In this document: positions 11,804-23,935 of the stretch, piece after piece
How the letters are laid out: every line of letters begins with the position of its first letter
Numbering within the stretch: position 1 is the first letter of the stretch
DNA from: Octopus sinensis
Lineage: Eukaryota
Assembly (NCBI RefSeq): GCF_006345805.1
Contig: NC_043011.1
Coordinates: 1,922,001 to 1,986,000 of the forward strand
DNA: 64,000 bases
Direction of reading: 5' to 3'
Made by a program: the position numbers and the translations under genes
The notes under the pieces: generated by a model
The model's database searches: none
The model's input: the letters and a program-made list of their open reading frames with translations, nothing else
Told to the model about the DNA's origin: nothing

Positions 11804-12431
11804 CCCCACCCCCAAGAAAATCAATATATCTGGCATTATTGGCATAAACAAATATTTGTTAATTGTAAAATCTACAGTTATAATCTTATGAATTGAAATA
11901 AAGGATTTGTTCTTTATTTAGTATTCCAAATGTTCATGATACATAAAATCTATCATTGCTTTGTTCAGTATTTCTATCCGTACAGTAAATTTCCAGGATA
12001 AAAGATATATAACAATATTTTGATTTAAATATCATTGAACATATTAACAATAAGTTTCAACACAATCCTACCCCTAAATTAAACACTTTGTATTTGCTCC
12101 TTAGCAGTTCACTTAAATTAGATAAAAATTAATAAAAGAATATTTGTTAATCTTATGTTTCTGAAATGGCAAAGTTGAAATTTAAAACAAAAACAAAGAA
12201 AAACTCAATCTGTGTGTTAATTCTATCTTAGCTACTATAGGAATTTATTTTTAACAAAAAGCATGTATTCTGATTTATGTAAATAATAAAGTTAACAAGG
12301 ATTGTTTATTAAGTACCACTACAATTTAAGTTAATTAACAAATTGCTTATTTAGTTTGTTTATTGTAGTTTACTTGTTTATCTATTTTTGCTTAAATCAA
12401 GCCTTAATTATCAATGCATTTGTAACTTTAG

Positions 12432-12521
12432 ATGATATCTATTTTAATCTCTGGAATTTATTAACTTCAACTGGAAATAAACAGAAAAGAGAAATTAATG
12501 AAAAGCTAAGACTGGATAACC
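12432..12521 (+). CDS. Candidate 90-nt symmetric (phase 1-1) coding exon, (D)DIYFNLWNLLTSTGNKQKREINEKLRLDN; protein not recognised
   Basis: TTTGTAACTTTAG acceptor, GTATGA donor, open frame, length a multiple of 3. Confidence 0.4.
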
Positions 12522-13190
12522 GTATGAAAACAATGGAATTTATTGAATGCTGGATTTGGGAAATCAAAAGTGAATAATGGGAACATAATTACTATTAAAT
12601 GTTGCAATTAAATTGCTAATAAAATCTAGAGGTAATTTTTCTTGAAATTTAGTTTTATGTATTAATCGTTGAGAAGATTTCTCTAAAACACACATATGAG
12701 TGCAATATGAATAAAAATGTAGCCATTCTGAAGAGTCTCGAGAAAAGAGGTCTTCAAATAATTTATCGTAGAATCAAACATTATTTCTCATCATTGTTTA
12801 ATTTAATTCCTCATTGAAAACTCACAAAGGTTACTGGATATTTTTTCCTATTGTTAAAAAAATTACAGCTTAGATATTTTTATAAACACCCATTTAGTAA
12901 TTTGGAACAGCTGACAGCTTTTATTTGAAATTTATTTTTCATATTCCACTCGTAAAATAAAAACTTGCTTTTCACAAATTCTATATAATAAAGAATCATT
13001 ACTGATATAAGACAGGGTTTCTAGAAATAAAATTGAGTGCATCTGTAATCATGAAGCTGCTATTTACTAAAGCAGAGTTGACTGGGTTTATCCCAAAACA
13101 CTAATTGTGAAACCCTTTTGCTCCAATATTAGTATGTATGAGAGACCATAAACCAATTCAGTAAGATGTATTACTCATTATATAAATTAT

Positions 13191-13423
13191 CAGGCGGCGA
13201 GCTGGCAGAATCGTTAGCACGCCGGGCGAAATGCATAGCCGTATTTCGTCTGCCATTACGTTCTGCGTTCAAATTCCACCGAGGTCAACTTTGCCTTTCA
13301 TCCTTTTGGGGTCAATAAATAAAGTACCAGTTACGCACTGGGGTCGATGTAATTAACTTAATCCCTTTGTCTGTCTTTGTTTGTCCCCTCTATGTTTAGC
13401 CCCTTGTGGGCAATAAAGAAATA
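13191..13423 (+). mobile_element. SINE family A
   Basis: Full head-body-tail; TSD TATATAAATTAT at 13179-13190 and 13424-13435. Confidence 0.88.
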
Positions 13424-14489
13424 TATATAAATTATTTTAATAAGTAGCTAACATCATTGAGCTCATTGTTATTGCTTTTATTGTTATCAAATGAAATGTT
13501 AATGTCGATTTGATAGATAACAATACTAGAGTTGTTTCAACAATAGAAAAGAGCCAGAAATGTATTGTGTGGGCTTTATTTAAATTTAATTTTGGTTTAG
13601 TTTGGTTTTATTCTTGAAATCTTCTAATCCATAGAAAGAAAGGAGCAATGTTATTTTACTGGAAAATATGATGTGGCAGTCATTGAGTCGTCAAAAACAT
13701 AGATAATTATTACAAAAATGCAAATGTGTAAATATTGAGAAAATCATTATATATCACATTTTAAGTTACAGATCTAAGATAACAATCTTAACAATTATTC
13801 CAGAAGTATTTTACTGTTTATCAAAAACAACATTTATTGTTGATTCTTATCAATAAACTGGTGTCCATGTGGATTTCTCACTGCATAAAAATTATGCATA
13901 AGCAATGTACTTGATTAAATCCACCCAGTAGTCAATCACTATTTATATTATCCTCAGAAGCCTAAAAGATAAAGTCATATACAGTATTGCAAGGCACTGT
14001 ATCTTATGCTCTATTAATTTTGCCGTCCGCTGCTCTAAATGTCCAATATGTATTAAAAAGTAATATTCAGCTGTAATCATGAACTCATTCTTTCTTGTAG
14101 ATTCTTATACGTTTCACTTAAAGACGTGAAAGACAAGGGATAATGACAGGAAGAATACAGGAAGGAAGGATAGTTAAAAGCATTATTTCCTGACAATTTT
14201 ATTCCACAATATTTCTCTCTTTCTCTCTTGATATATGAAGACCAATGTGTCTCATGAAATTATCATCAGATAGATAATATTATTCCTTAGTGCAATTTTC
14301 TCCTTGGCATAATCTTTAAAGCACTACAACATGATACTGTCCACTTAGGTCTTATTTAAATTCCTAGCTTGTCTCCTTTTTGCTCCTAAGTTGAAGAAAT
14401 GACCTCGTATCTAAGATACTGGTTGATGTTAACTCAGTATATATATCCTAAGTCAATACCAACCAATCTCTCTCTCTCTCACACACAGA

Positions 14490-14545
<56 letters not shown>

Positions 14546-14551
14546 ATTATA

Positions 14552-14596
<45 letters not shown>

Positions 14597-14741
14597 TATC
14601 TAAAACAACTTCAGCCAAGAAAAGGATGTGACAGAAGTCAGTTATCAAAATTTACAAAATAAATAAATAAATAAATAAATAAGCAGGTTAAAGGAAACAA
14701 ATTAGACAATATATGACTTTTTATCATATGTACTTCCACAC

Positions 14742-14945
14742 ATGAAAAAGATGTTCTACCACCACCACCACCACCCCCACCACCAACAGCCATTCAAGAA
14801 TTTCGACCTGGAGATCTCCATTTCCAGCGACTTCGAGGGCCACCTCCCAGTGGTGTCGGGCGTCAACGAAGAGCCCTCGACTACAACAAGACGACCAAAG
14901 TTTTTTTTTTTCCAAGGTCTGGGGTCTCCCGTCCCTAAGTCCTAG
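14742..14945 (+). CDS. GC3-rich orphan coding-like segment
   Basis: 23 of 26 codons in 14802-14879 end in G/C in an AT-rich context; CpG-rich; His-rich start MKKMFYHHHHH. Confidence 0.3.
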   Translation: MKKMFYHHHHHPHHQQPFKNFDLEISISSDFEGHLPVVSGVNEEPSTTTRRPKFFFFQGLGSPVPKS

Positions 14946-15404
14946 ACCATCACCTAATCACCCTTACCTGTCTTGTTGCTTAACAACCACCACCACAACC
15001 ACCACCAAAAACAACAACAACAACGATAATTCTTCTTCTTCTCCTTCTCCTCCTCCTCTTCCTCCTTCTTCTCCTTCACCTCCTCCTCCTCCTCTTTCTC
15101 ATCCAGTCTTGCCCCTCAGTCTGTGTAAGACTCTTTAATTCAGTTGTACAATTTACATACTGCACTCCCTCTACCAATCAGTAAAACAATACAAGACCTA
15201 TCCACATATAAGCAACAACAACTTACATTATACAATAATTGCCATTCAGTAATGTAATACAAGCCATGCAATAGATACAACCCAATCACTACTCAATACT
15301 AAAGCAGATAACACAACTGTCACAACACATATGAAGCAATTCCTATGCAATATAGTGTCTTCCCTTGTACATAAGCTGCACAACTAACAACAGAAACAAC
15401 TCTA

Positions 15405-15572
15405 GGAACAGGTATGGCTGTGTGGTAAGAAGCTTGCTTCCCAACCACATGGTTCTGGGTTCAGTTCCACTACTTGGCATCTTGGGCAAGTATCTTCTAC
15501 TATAGCCTTGGGCTGACCAAAGTCTTGTGAGCGGATTTGGTAGACAGAAGCTAAAAGTAACCTGTCCTCTGT

Positions 15573-15607
<35 letters not shown>

Positions 15608-15625
15608 TCTGTATGTGTCTTTGTG
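15405..15625 (+). mobile_element. SINE family B, 5' half
   Basis: GGCTGTGTGGTAAG..GGTTCAGTTCC..CTTGGGCAAGT head followed by (TG)n. Confidence 0.8.
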
Positions 15626-16458
15626 GAGGAGGCTGGCAAACGGCCACGATCGGTTGGTGCTTTTTACATGTCCTCGACATGGATGTCAGTCAGGCAGTAC
15701 TGGCATTGGCCATGTTCGGATGGTGCTTTTTACGTGCCACCGGCATGGGTATCATAGCTACAATTCCCATTTGATTTTTATTTTGATGTTGATGTTGATG
15801 TACTTGACTCAATAGGTCTCCTCAAGCACAACAGGTCGCCCTATGATCCAAGGTTATCCCAGCAGGCCATCCTGTGAGCCATGAGCTCACTTCATTTGTT
15901 GGATCTTCGCAGTCACAGCATATCTCCAGAGGTCTTGGTCTTTCATCATAGCCTCTGTGAGGCCCAACGTTTGAAGGTCATGCTTGACCACCTCACCCCA
16001 TGTCTTCCTCAGTCTACCTCAACCTCGGATTCCTTCAACAGTTTGGGTGGTGCACTTCTTCACACATCTCTCCTCATCCATCCATAGCACATGACCATAC
16101 TAACGCAAACGTCTCTCCTGCATGCCACATCCAGTGTTTCTTATGTCCAACATTTCCCTCAGGGTGCTTACACTCTGTTGTGCATTCACACTGACATTAC
16201 ACATCCAGTGGATCATGCTAGCTTCATTTCTTTCAAGCCTATGCATGTCCTTCACAGCCCATGTTTCACTGCCATGAAGCATGGCAGTTCACACACATGT
16301 GTCATACAATCTACTTTTCACTCTGAGTGAGAGACCCATTGTCGCAAGTAGGGGAAGAAGCTTTCTAAACTTTGCCCAGGCTATTCTTATTCTAGTGGTA
16401 ACACTCTCTGAGCATCCACCCCAACTACTAACTTGGTCACTTAGGTAGTGGAAACTAT

Positions 16459-16460
<2 letters not shown>
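15626..16460 (-). mobile_element. RTE LINE 3' part (post-RT coding + 3' UTR)
   Basis: Minus strand MLHGSETWAV..RLERNEASMI.WMC..LR; collinear with 59100-60000. Confidence 0.85.
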
Positions 16461-16506
<46 letters not shown>

Positions 16507-16762
16507 TTAATATTTGAGGGAATAAAATCCAAAACTTACAAGGAATAAAATTCCATTTAGAAATACTAAATCAAATTTCACACAATATAATATATATAAA
16601 AAATTAGAAAAAAAACACCTTTTATCAATTCAAAATGAACAACTAAATTACACCATCCAGAAAATTACATATAATAGAAATATTAACATTAAAATAACAA
16701 TAAAATGTCAAAGATTAAGTAAATTGCAAAAAAAAAAAACTAATAATAACTTATATAAATTA

Positions 16763-16843
<81 letters not shown>

Positions 16844-17460
16844 TACTCTATAGAATAAACGTGTTACAATTTACTCAGGCTTTGCAAGTCTAATAACCTG
16901 GTGTAGAACTCAATATATGCATTCTTCAGAATGAAGTGTTAGACAAGTATAGAGTGGTAATGGAGATGACAAAGGAAAAAAAGCAGGTCATCTTATGAGC
17001 TTCATCAGCTTGTGAATGTTTCTGCTATAAGATGCAGTGGACTCGTAGTTGAGGGTCTGAATGACATCCTGTACTTCATGAAACAAATTTGTGTGTGTGA
17101 GTGTTGTTTTGTGATCAAGGAAGACCATCGCTGACTATTGTCCATTCAAAATGCCTGCAATGTCAATGCATAAGGTTATTGCACCAGCAGTTAGCTTCCC
17201 CTTCATTCATGTCCACAGCTTCCATGCTTCCTGCAGTGCTCTCCTACTTGACTGGGCACTGGATAGTTGCCCTGTTGGCGATTGCACGTGCAAGCATAAG
17301 ATACCCAAAATGTTCAGTGCCATTCCTTGTATATCTGTTTTTTATATTAGAGTGACTTACCCTTAGAGACATGCTTTAACAAAAGCTAAGAGGTTCCTCA
17401 CTCCCAGTACTCTTCAAGCACACCAGACGCCAACCCAAAATTTCTGAGGGCCCATCACTA

Positions 17461-17520
<60 letters not shown>

Positions 17521-17997
17521 TATATATTATATATATATATGCATACACACACATATAGGCAATATTATTTACATGTGTATGTGCATTCATAATTCATACC
17601 ATTTACACTAAAATATGGACATATATTTTTAAGTTAATATATTTATATATTTTGTAGCACAAAACATATAGGTGCCTATACATGTATACACAAATATAGT
17701 TATATATTTATGCATGTCTGTATATCAGTCTATATAAGTGTGTGTAAATATATATACATATTTGTAGATTCATATATATATACGTTATAATTTCATTTTT
17801 AGTTTATACAACAGCATTTTATCTTTTCCTGAAAACTATTACTACCAGCACAGTGGATAACATTTTCTTGTTTATGTTGGTTGGTTTTGCTACTAATCTT
17901 ATCAAAATGCTTGAAATAAATGCCGATATATGCTATCTCACTAAACATCAACACAAGAGTATCTTTGATCTTGCATTTATATTAATGTTATACACAG

Positions 17998-18101
17998 AAA
18001 TCAGAAATAGACTTGTTCTGAAAATCTGCTTTATATGCATCAAATTAATATTTTCTTTGGTCTATCATATCAGATTCCTCACATTCTTTTTGAACTACTG
18101 G
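17998..18101 (+). CDS. Weak candidate coding exon (IRNRLVLKICFICIKLIFSLVYHIRFLTFFLNYW)
   Basis: Strong donor GG/GTAAGT at 18101; acceptors ACAG at 17997 or TCAG at 18073; open frame. Confidence 0.25.
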
Positions 18102-18332
18102 GTAAGTAAGATGCTCTTTGGGCAGCAGGTTTTGTAGATTCTTTTATTCTTCATATGCTGTAATAAATTTTCCCTGATACATTCACTAGTATTAGTGTCT
18201 TGAACATGAATAGAATGTACATAGCTTAAATGATTAGTATTTTATTTGTCATTGACAGAATAATAACTGGGTTTTTACACATGAAATTACAATAGTTTGT
18301 CAAATGTATCAGCTACTTTTATGAGTTTTTAC

Positions 18333-18430
18333 GATCACCAATTTCACTTTGCTACGGCCATCTCCAAAATCATTAATCATATGATAGTAAAATCAATAAA
18401 TTATACTCTGCGGCCCTTCATATTCCACAT
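18333..18430 (-). pseudogene. Exon-like segment with MAM-like FYYHM motif and an in-frame TGA
   Basis: Acceptor TTTCAATTTATTCTTTCATTCCAG; reads VEYEGPQSIIY*FYYHMINDFGDGRSKVKLVI; TGA at 18393-18395. Confidence 0.3.
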
Positions 18431-19583
18431 CTGGAATGAAAGAATAAATTGAAAGTACAGAATTTCAATTGGTACTTCTTCCTTTTCCTCAAATTTTAAC
18501 ACATTCACTCAACTTTTAGGAAATTTTATCCACTCTCTAGTATTGATATTGAATGATTATCCAAAGCATAATTTGAGGCATATTATTTAGTCATGTCTGT
18601 ATTTAAGATTACTATAATACAGCTAAACAGGTTTTGAATGAAATCACTTTCCTCTTTTTCTAGCTTGACTGGTAACATCATATACTCTCACTGTAAACTA
18701 CAAACTTAGAGTTAGTTAAATTCTTACACCTCCCTACATCTCTTATATCTCGGCACATGTTGACACAAACTGTATAGAAAACATACAGCTCACTTGCATT
18801 GATAAAAACCCTTCCACCTAATTTTTAAGAACCTTGTCTGTAAAACTGTTAAAAAGATTTCCAGCTTCTCAGACAAAGGAAAAGTGCTATAGAACTGCAA
18901 AGCACACCAACATGGCTTCAGACAACTAGATTTAGAGAAACAAATTAATAAAACTTAAACCCTACAGGAAAAATAAAGCAAAATGGAAAACAGACACACA
19001 TATTGCCATCAGGCAAAATCTGGTGTATGTCTCCAAATCCAATATTTCCAAAGCTTCATAAATCTGATTTTGGAAATATTTATCCATAGACTACAAAAGT
19101 TCCATTTCATTCAAACAACACTAATTAAATTGGAGTCACAATTACATAAAAAATAAATAGAATGTCATCACAGTTATATGACACCCAGAGTAATAGGTGA
19201 CAACTGATTCTATGAAGTCATTTGAATAATTCTTTCAAAGTAGCATGTATGAATTAGTGTGTGTTTGTGTGTGTGTGTGTGGGTGTGTGTATCAGACACC
19301 CAGACTGTGGCACTCAGACTGTTTGGGCTTAGCCCCAGGATAAATTTACTAAAGTGAACGTATATTTGCAAACTGCTTTAATTTCTGCCAATTCTTCAAG
19401 TATGAAATTTCAGCCAATAACTCAGGCTCCTTTTATTGATCCTGGTCACAGTTAATATAGTTTCATTAAGCATAGGGTGGTTGTCTTAGAGGTGCCCAGT
19501 GTCAAAAAATAACATTTGTAGCAGATGTCCTCTTGACATCATTCACACGCACCTAACTCAGGCTCAAAAGTTACAATCCGAGT

Positions 19584-19945
19584 TCATCATCATCATCATC
19601 GTTTAACGTCCGTTCTCCATGCTAGCATGGGTTAGATGGTTCGACCGGGGATCTGGGAAGCCAGAAGGCTGCACCAGGCCCCAGTCTTATCTGGCAATGT
19701 TTCTACAGCTGGATGCCCTTCCTAACGCCAACCACTCCGTGAGTGTAGTGGGTGCTTTTTACGTGCCACCTGCACAGGTGCCAGGCAAGGCTGGCAACGG
19801 CCACGGTCGGATTGGTGTATTTTATGTGCCACCGGCACGGAAGCCAATCGAGGCGGCGCTGGCATTGGCCACGAGTCGGATAGTGCTTTTTACGTACCAC
19901 CAGACCAGGGATCCTGGCTGGTTCAATTCGATTTCGATTTCGATT
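19584..19945 (-). mobile_element. RTE 3' tail
   Basis: (CAT)n-CGTTTAACGTCCG.. terminal sequence and repeated GTGCCACC modules. Confidence 0.85.
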
Positions 19946-20339
19946 TGTTATCTACAATTGTAAGAATTAAAAGTAATTAAAATTCAATGTTTCCTTGAAA
20001 CAATAAATTTGTATAGAGATTAGGATTTAAATTCCAATCTATGAAAAGTTTCCATTCTTCAATATTCTTAAAGGAACGAAAAAATCATCCAGCAACTGGG
20101 GCTAATATGAATGAACCTGGTAGGTGTAAAAGACTAACTGGCATCTCTTGTCAAGAGAACAGGTGACAGTCAGATCACTGATGTTTTTTGTGCACTCTGA
20201 TGTTGCAATTTGACTGCTGTTATTCTGTGCGTCTGTGTATAAAGATCAGCTGTGTTTTGAAGGGTTGCATTATTTTTACTCTTAACTGAGAAATAGAGAA
20301 AGACATAGTGATAGATATAAAACAAATAAGCCATTTGGG

Positions 20340-20508
20340 CACTAGCGTGGCTAGAGTGTGTGCTACTCGGGTTGTTCCTTCTGATTGCTACCCCGGACCC
20401 CACAAAAATAGACATATTGCCTACAACAGACCCAAAAGTGCCGCCCCTTTAAAAGTGTAACCTGGGGTGGACCGCTCCTACCATGCCCACCTCCTAGCTA
20501 CACTAGTG
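20340..20508. mobile_element. hAT-type MITE
   Basis: TIRs CACTAGCGTGGCTAG / CTAGCTACACTAGTG; perfect 8-bp TSD CATTTGGG at 20332-20339 and 20509-20516. Confidence 0.85.
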
Positions 20509-20658
20509 CATTTGGGGCTAGAAATAAAGTGGAAAACATGAAATTCTTCAAGCAGGCATGTGTTTTATGTGAAATCTGGAATGGGCCCAAGTGATGCTGA
20601 TGACCCGGAGTTGCCTCTGGTGTCTATATAGTGTATATATAGTGTATATATATATATA

Positions 20659-21924
20659 TGAGAAAGTACCCAAAAGAAACTGGAATTTTGCAATATTATT
20701 TTATTCACTTAGTTTTACATGTTTACACTTTTACTGTCTTCAAAGTATTTACCATTTGAAGCAATTATTTGGTCTAGATGTGTTTTCCATTGTTCAAAGC
20801 AGTCCTGAAACGTTTTAACATCTCCATTCTTTTATCTTCACCTCTTCCACATCTGCAAAACATTTTCTTTTAAGAACCTTTCTCATTTGTGGGAACAAAA
20901 AGTCGGAGGGAGCAAGATCAGGTGAATAGGGAGTGGGGGTAGGTAGAGACATGCCATTTTTTGTCAAAAACTGTTTCACACTCAACGTGGTGTGTGCTGG
21001 TGCATTGTGAGGAAGCTACCACTCTCCACTTTGCCACAGGTCAAGGTGATTTTGTCTCACTGCGTCTCGTAAATGCTTCAAAACTGCCAAGTAAAATGGT
21101 TAACAATTTAACCAGGAGGAACAAATTCTGTGTGGACAATTCCTTTTGCATCGATGAAACAAATCAGTATCATATTGACATTGGACTTCACTTGGACTTC
21201 ACTTGAGACGCTTTTGGGGTGGGACATGGTGACATTGAATGCTCCCATTGACTTGATTGCTGCTTCATTCCTGGGTTATAGCTGTACAACCAGCTTTGAA
21301 AAAGGGTCCAGATCAACTTCCAACTGTTCTTTCAGTTCACAACATACATTCAGTCATGACTACTTTTGATCTTCCATGAGCAAACAAAGCATGAATTTTG
21401 CTGCAACTCTTTTCATTCGCAATTCCTTGCTCAAAATTCGTTGGCATGAGCTCCAGGACACACCAGTCATATCAACAAGTTCATCAATTGTTTGGCGATG
21501 GTTCTCCGAGATCAGTTCATGAATTTTCGTGATGTTTTCATTCGTTCAGGAGGTTGTCAGACGCCCTGAACAAGGTTGGTCTAAAGCATGAAAAACACTC
21601 ATAAACTTGTGTTTTGCTCATGGCTGCGTCCTTGTAAACTGTGTGAAGCATGATAACTGTTTCAGCCACTGTTTTCCTCAGCGGAAAACAGAATTTCACA
21701 GAAGCACTCTGTTCTTTCATTTCAGCCATCGCAAAAATCATCGAACAGGGGTGAGGCCCTGCAAAACAAAGATGCACCACATGGCAGAACGACCTCACTC
21801 GACAGCGCCTGTTAGTAGACTGATTCCTGAAGGTCACATCAATTGGCTTCTAGCAGTGGAAGCCTGAACTATAATGGGCCTGTCCCACAGAGAACGTTTC
21901 CAATTACTTTTGGATACCTCCTTG
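20659..21924 (-). mobile_element. Decayed near full-length mariner
   Basis: TIRs GAGAAAGTACCCAAAAGAAACTGGAA / TTCCAATTACTTTTGGATACCTCCTTG; minus strand KFCF.L.KT.AET and PYSPDLAPSD-like transposase motifs with stops and frameshifts. Confidence 0.85.
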
Positions 21925-21946
21925 TGTGTATATATATATATATATA

Positions 21947-22330
21947 CCAGAGTAAGCATATAAATGGGAAACAAGGTGGGAGAAAATAGTACTCGAATAT
22001 CAGAGGTAGAGTAATATGCTTTATCATTAAAGCTGCAAAAACATCACAAAAATGTCACAAAATACTGCTACTCAGAGTTTTATGTCCCCATTCATTGGGC
22101 AGTTGTGATCCAGAATGGAATAAGAATTGAGGTTGTCTGTGTAAGTTATATTTTGATATAACTGACATTGACAGATACACTTTTAAATTTGATTGGTTGT
22201 TTTGACTAACAGTCTTTCAGAAGTATACAAGTTGAGACAGTAAATATACAAATAGAAAAGAAATTAAAAATAAAATGATATAAATATCATGTATAAATTC
22301 GAAGAAAATTTTGAGTCAAAAAGGAATTCC
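21947..22330 (-). mobile_element. Short PLE-type terminal fragment next to (TA)n, with a decayed hammerhead at 22064-22103
   Basis: Minus strand ACTGC-CCAATGA-ATG(GGGA)CAT-AAAA-CTCTGAG-TA-GCAGT: all three stems pair, core mutated. Confidence 0.6.
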
Positions 22331-22384
22331 AAGTTAAAAAGAAATCATGCATGTCCAGAGTAAATTAATTAATTGTAAATAAGT

Positions 22385-22525
22385 AAGTTTGCTGCAACTT
22401 TTTTCATTCACAATTTCTTGCACAAAACTCGTTAGCATGAGCTCCAGTCATAGCAACAAGTTTGTGAATTGTTTGGCAAGAGTCCTCTGAGATCAGTTCA
22501 TGAATTTTCATTATGTTTTCATTTT
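22385..22525 (-). mobile_element. Second mariner fragment homologous to 21395-21545
   Basis: Shared TTTGCTGCAACT..GCATGAGCTCCAG..GAGATCAGTTCATGAATTTTC. Confidence 0.75.
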
Positions 22526-22962
22526 CCTTCCCCATCACCACCACCACCACCACCACCACCACCACCCAATTTGCTGCCCTCATGGCAAAATTTGAAATTA
22601 TTATTATTATTTTTATAGTATTTCATAAAATGTTTTAATAAGGATATTAATATTTTTATATTTGTTAATATTTATTTACACTCTCCCTATTCAATACTTA
22701 TTGTTGCAGTATGTACATTACTTACCTAACATAGATATTTGGTTAGGCCTACAAAGATTGCTCATATTAATATTACATAAAATAATGGTTTTAATACTTT
22801 AACTTTAATCTTATAATTGAATTTTATTTAGTTTTTTCTTAATCTACACCTCTGAAATTCCATAATTCATTCTTTCTTTTAACAATTTCTATATTTATAT
22901 TCAACATGCCAGACACACAGTTGTGTGTATATATGCGTATATATGTATTGATGTATGAATAA

Positions 22963-23182
22963 TCATCATCATCATCATCATCGTTTAACGTCCGCTTTCC
23001 ATGCTAGCATGGGTTGGACGGTTTTGACTGAGGGCTGGCAAACCAGATGGCTGCACCGGCTCCAGTCTTGATCTGGCAGAGTTTCTACAGCTGGATGCCC
23101 TTCCTAATGCCAACCACTCCGAGAGTGTAGTGGGTGCTTTTTACGTGCCACCTGCACGGGGGCCAGTCAGGTGGTACTGGCA
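22963..23182 (-). mobile_element. RTE 3' tail
   Basis: Same terminal sequence as the other tails. Confidence 0.85.
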
Positions 23183-23565
23183 TAATATACATATATATTT
23201 ACATTGGTATGTATATGTATGTCTATATACATGTGTGCATATATGGACATGTGTATATATACTCAATTGCTTTTTTACAATTTAACTTTCTCTTTTCCTC
23301 CTTTTGTTTTCTTTATTTTCCGTCTCGATACTTTTACAGATGCTACAATGTCAAAATTGAAATGTTTCTATATTTTCTCTTTTTTATTCCCCCCCTTCCC
23401 CCCAACTTATCTGGTTCTTTTTTGTCATTTTTTACTTTCTTCTTTCTTTAACTAGCGATGGAAAATGGATGCATATATGAGTATGCATGTGTAAATGTGA
23501 CTTTGTATTTATGTATACAGACATTTGTAAGTATATTTTTATGTATGTATATATGTATATGTATA

Positions 23566-23607
<42 letters not shown>

Positions 23608-23629
23608 TACATATATCACCGTGATATAT

Positions 23630-23935
23630 GTGGAGGTGCAATGGCCCAGTGGTTAGGGCAGCGGACTTGCGGATGGAGGATCGGAGTTTCGATTCCCAGA
23701 CCATTGTGAGTGTCTATTGAGCGAAAACACCTAAAGCTCAACGAGGCTCTGGCAGGGGGTGGCGGCGATCCCTGCTGTATTCTTTCACCACAACTTTCTC
23801 TCCCTCTTTCTTCTGTTGGCCTGCTTGCTTAGCCAGCGGGGTGGCGTCATTTGAAGGCTAAAACAATGTGAAGCGCATTGTGACCAGCGATGTGTAACAA
23901 CATCTGATAGCCTGGTCGGTCACGGTGGTCACGGT
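23630..23935 (+). mobile_element. SINE family C, tail type 2
   Basis: Same head as 1713-2096 with a different 3' half; flanking direct repeat GTGATATATG. Confidence 0.85.

Noticed and set aside
16985-17045. Minus strand GAAAC...CTGATGA flanked by CATCTTAT/ATAAGATG
   Set aside because: Only 10 nt between GAAA and CTGATGA, with no room for stems III and I and no GUH site
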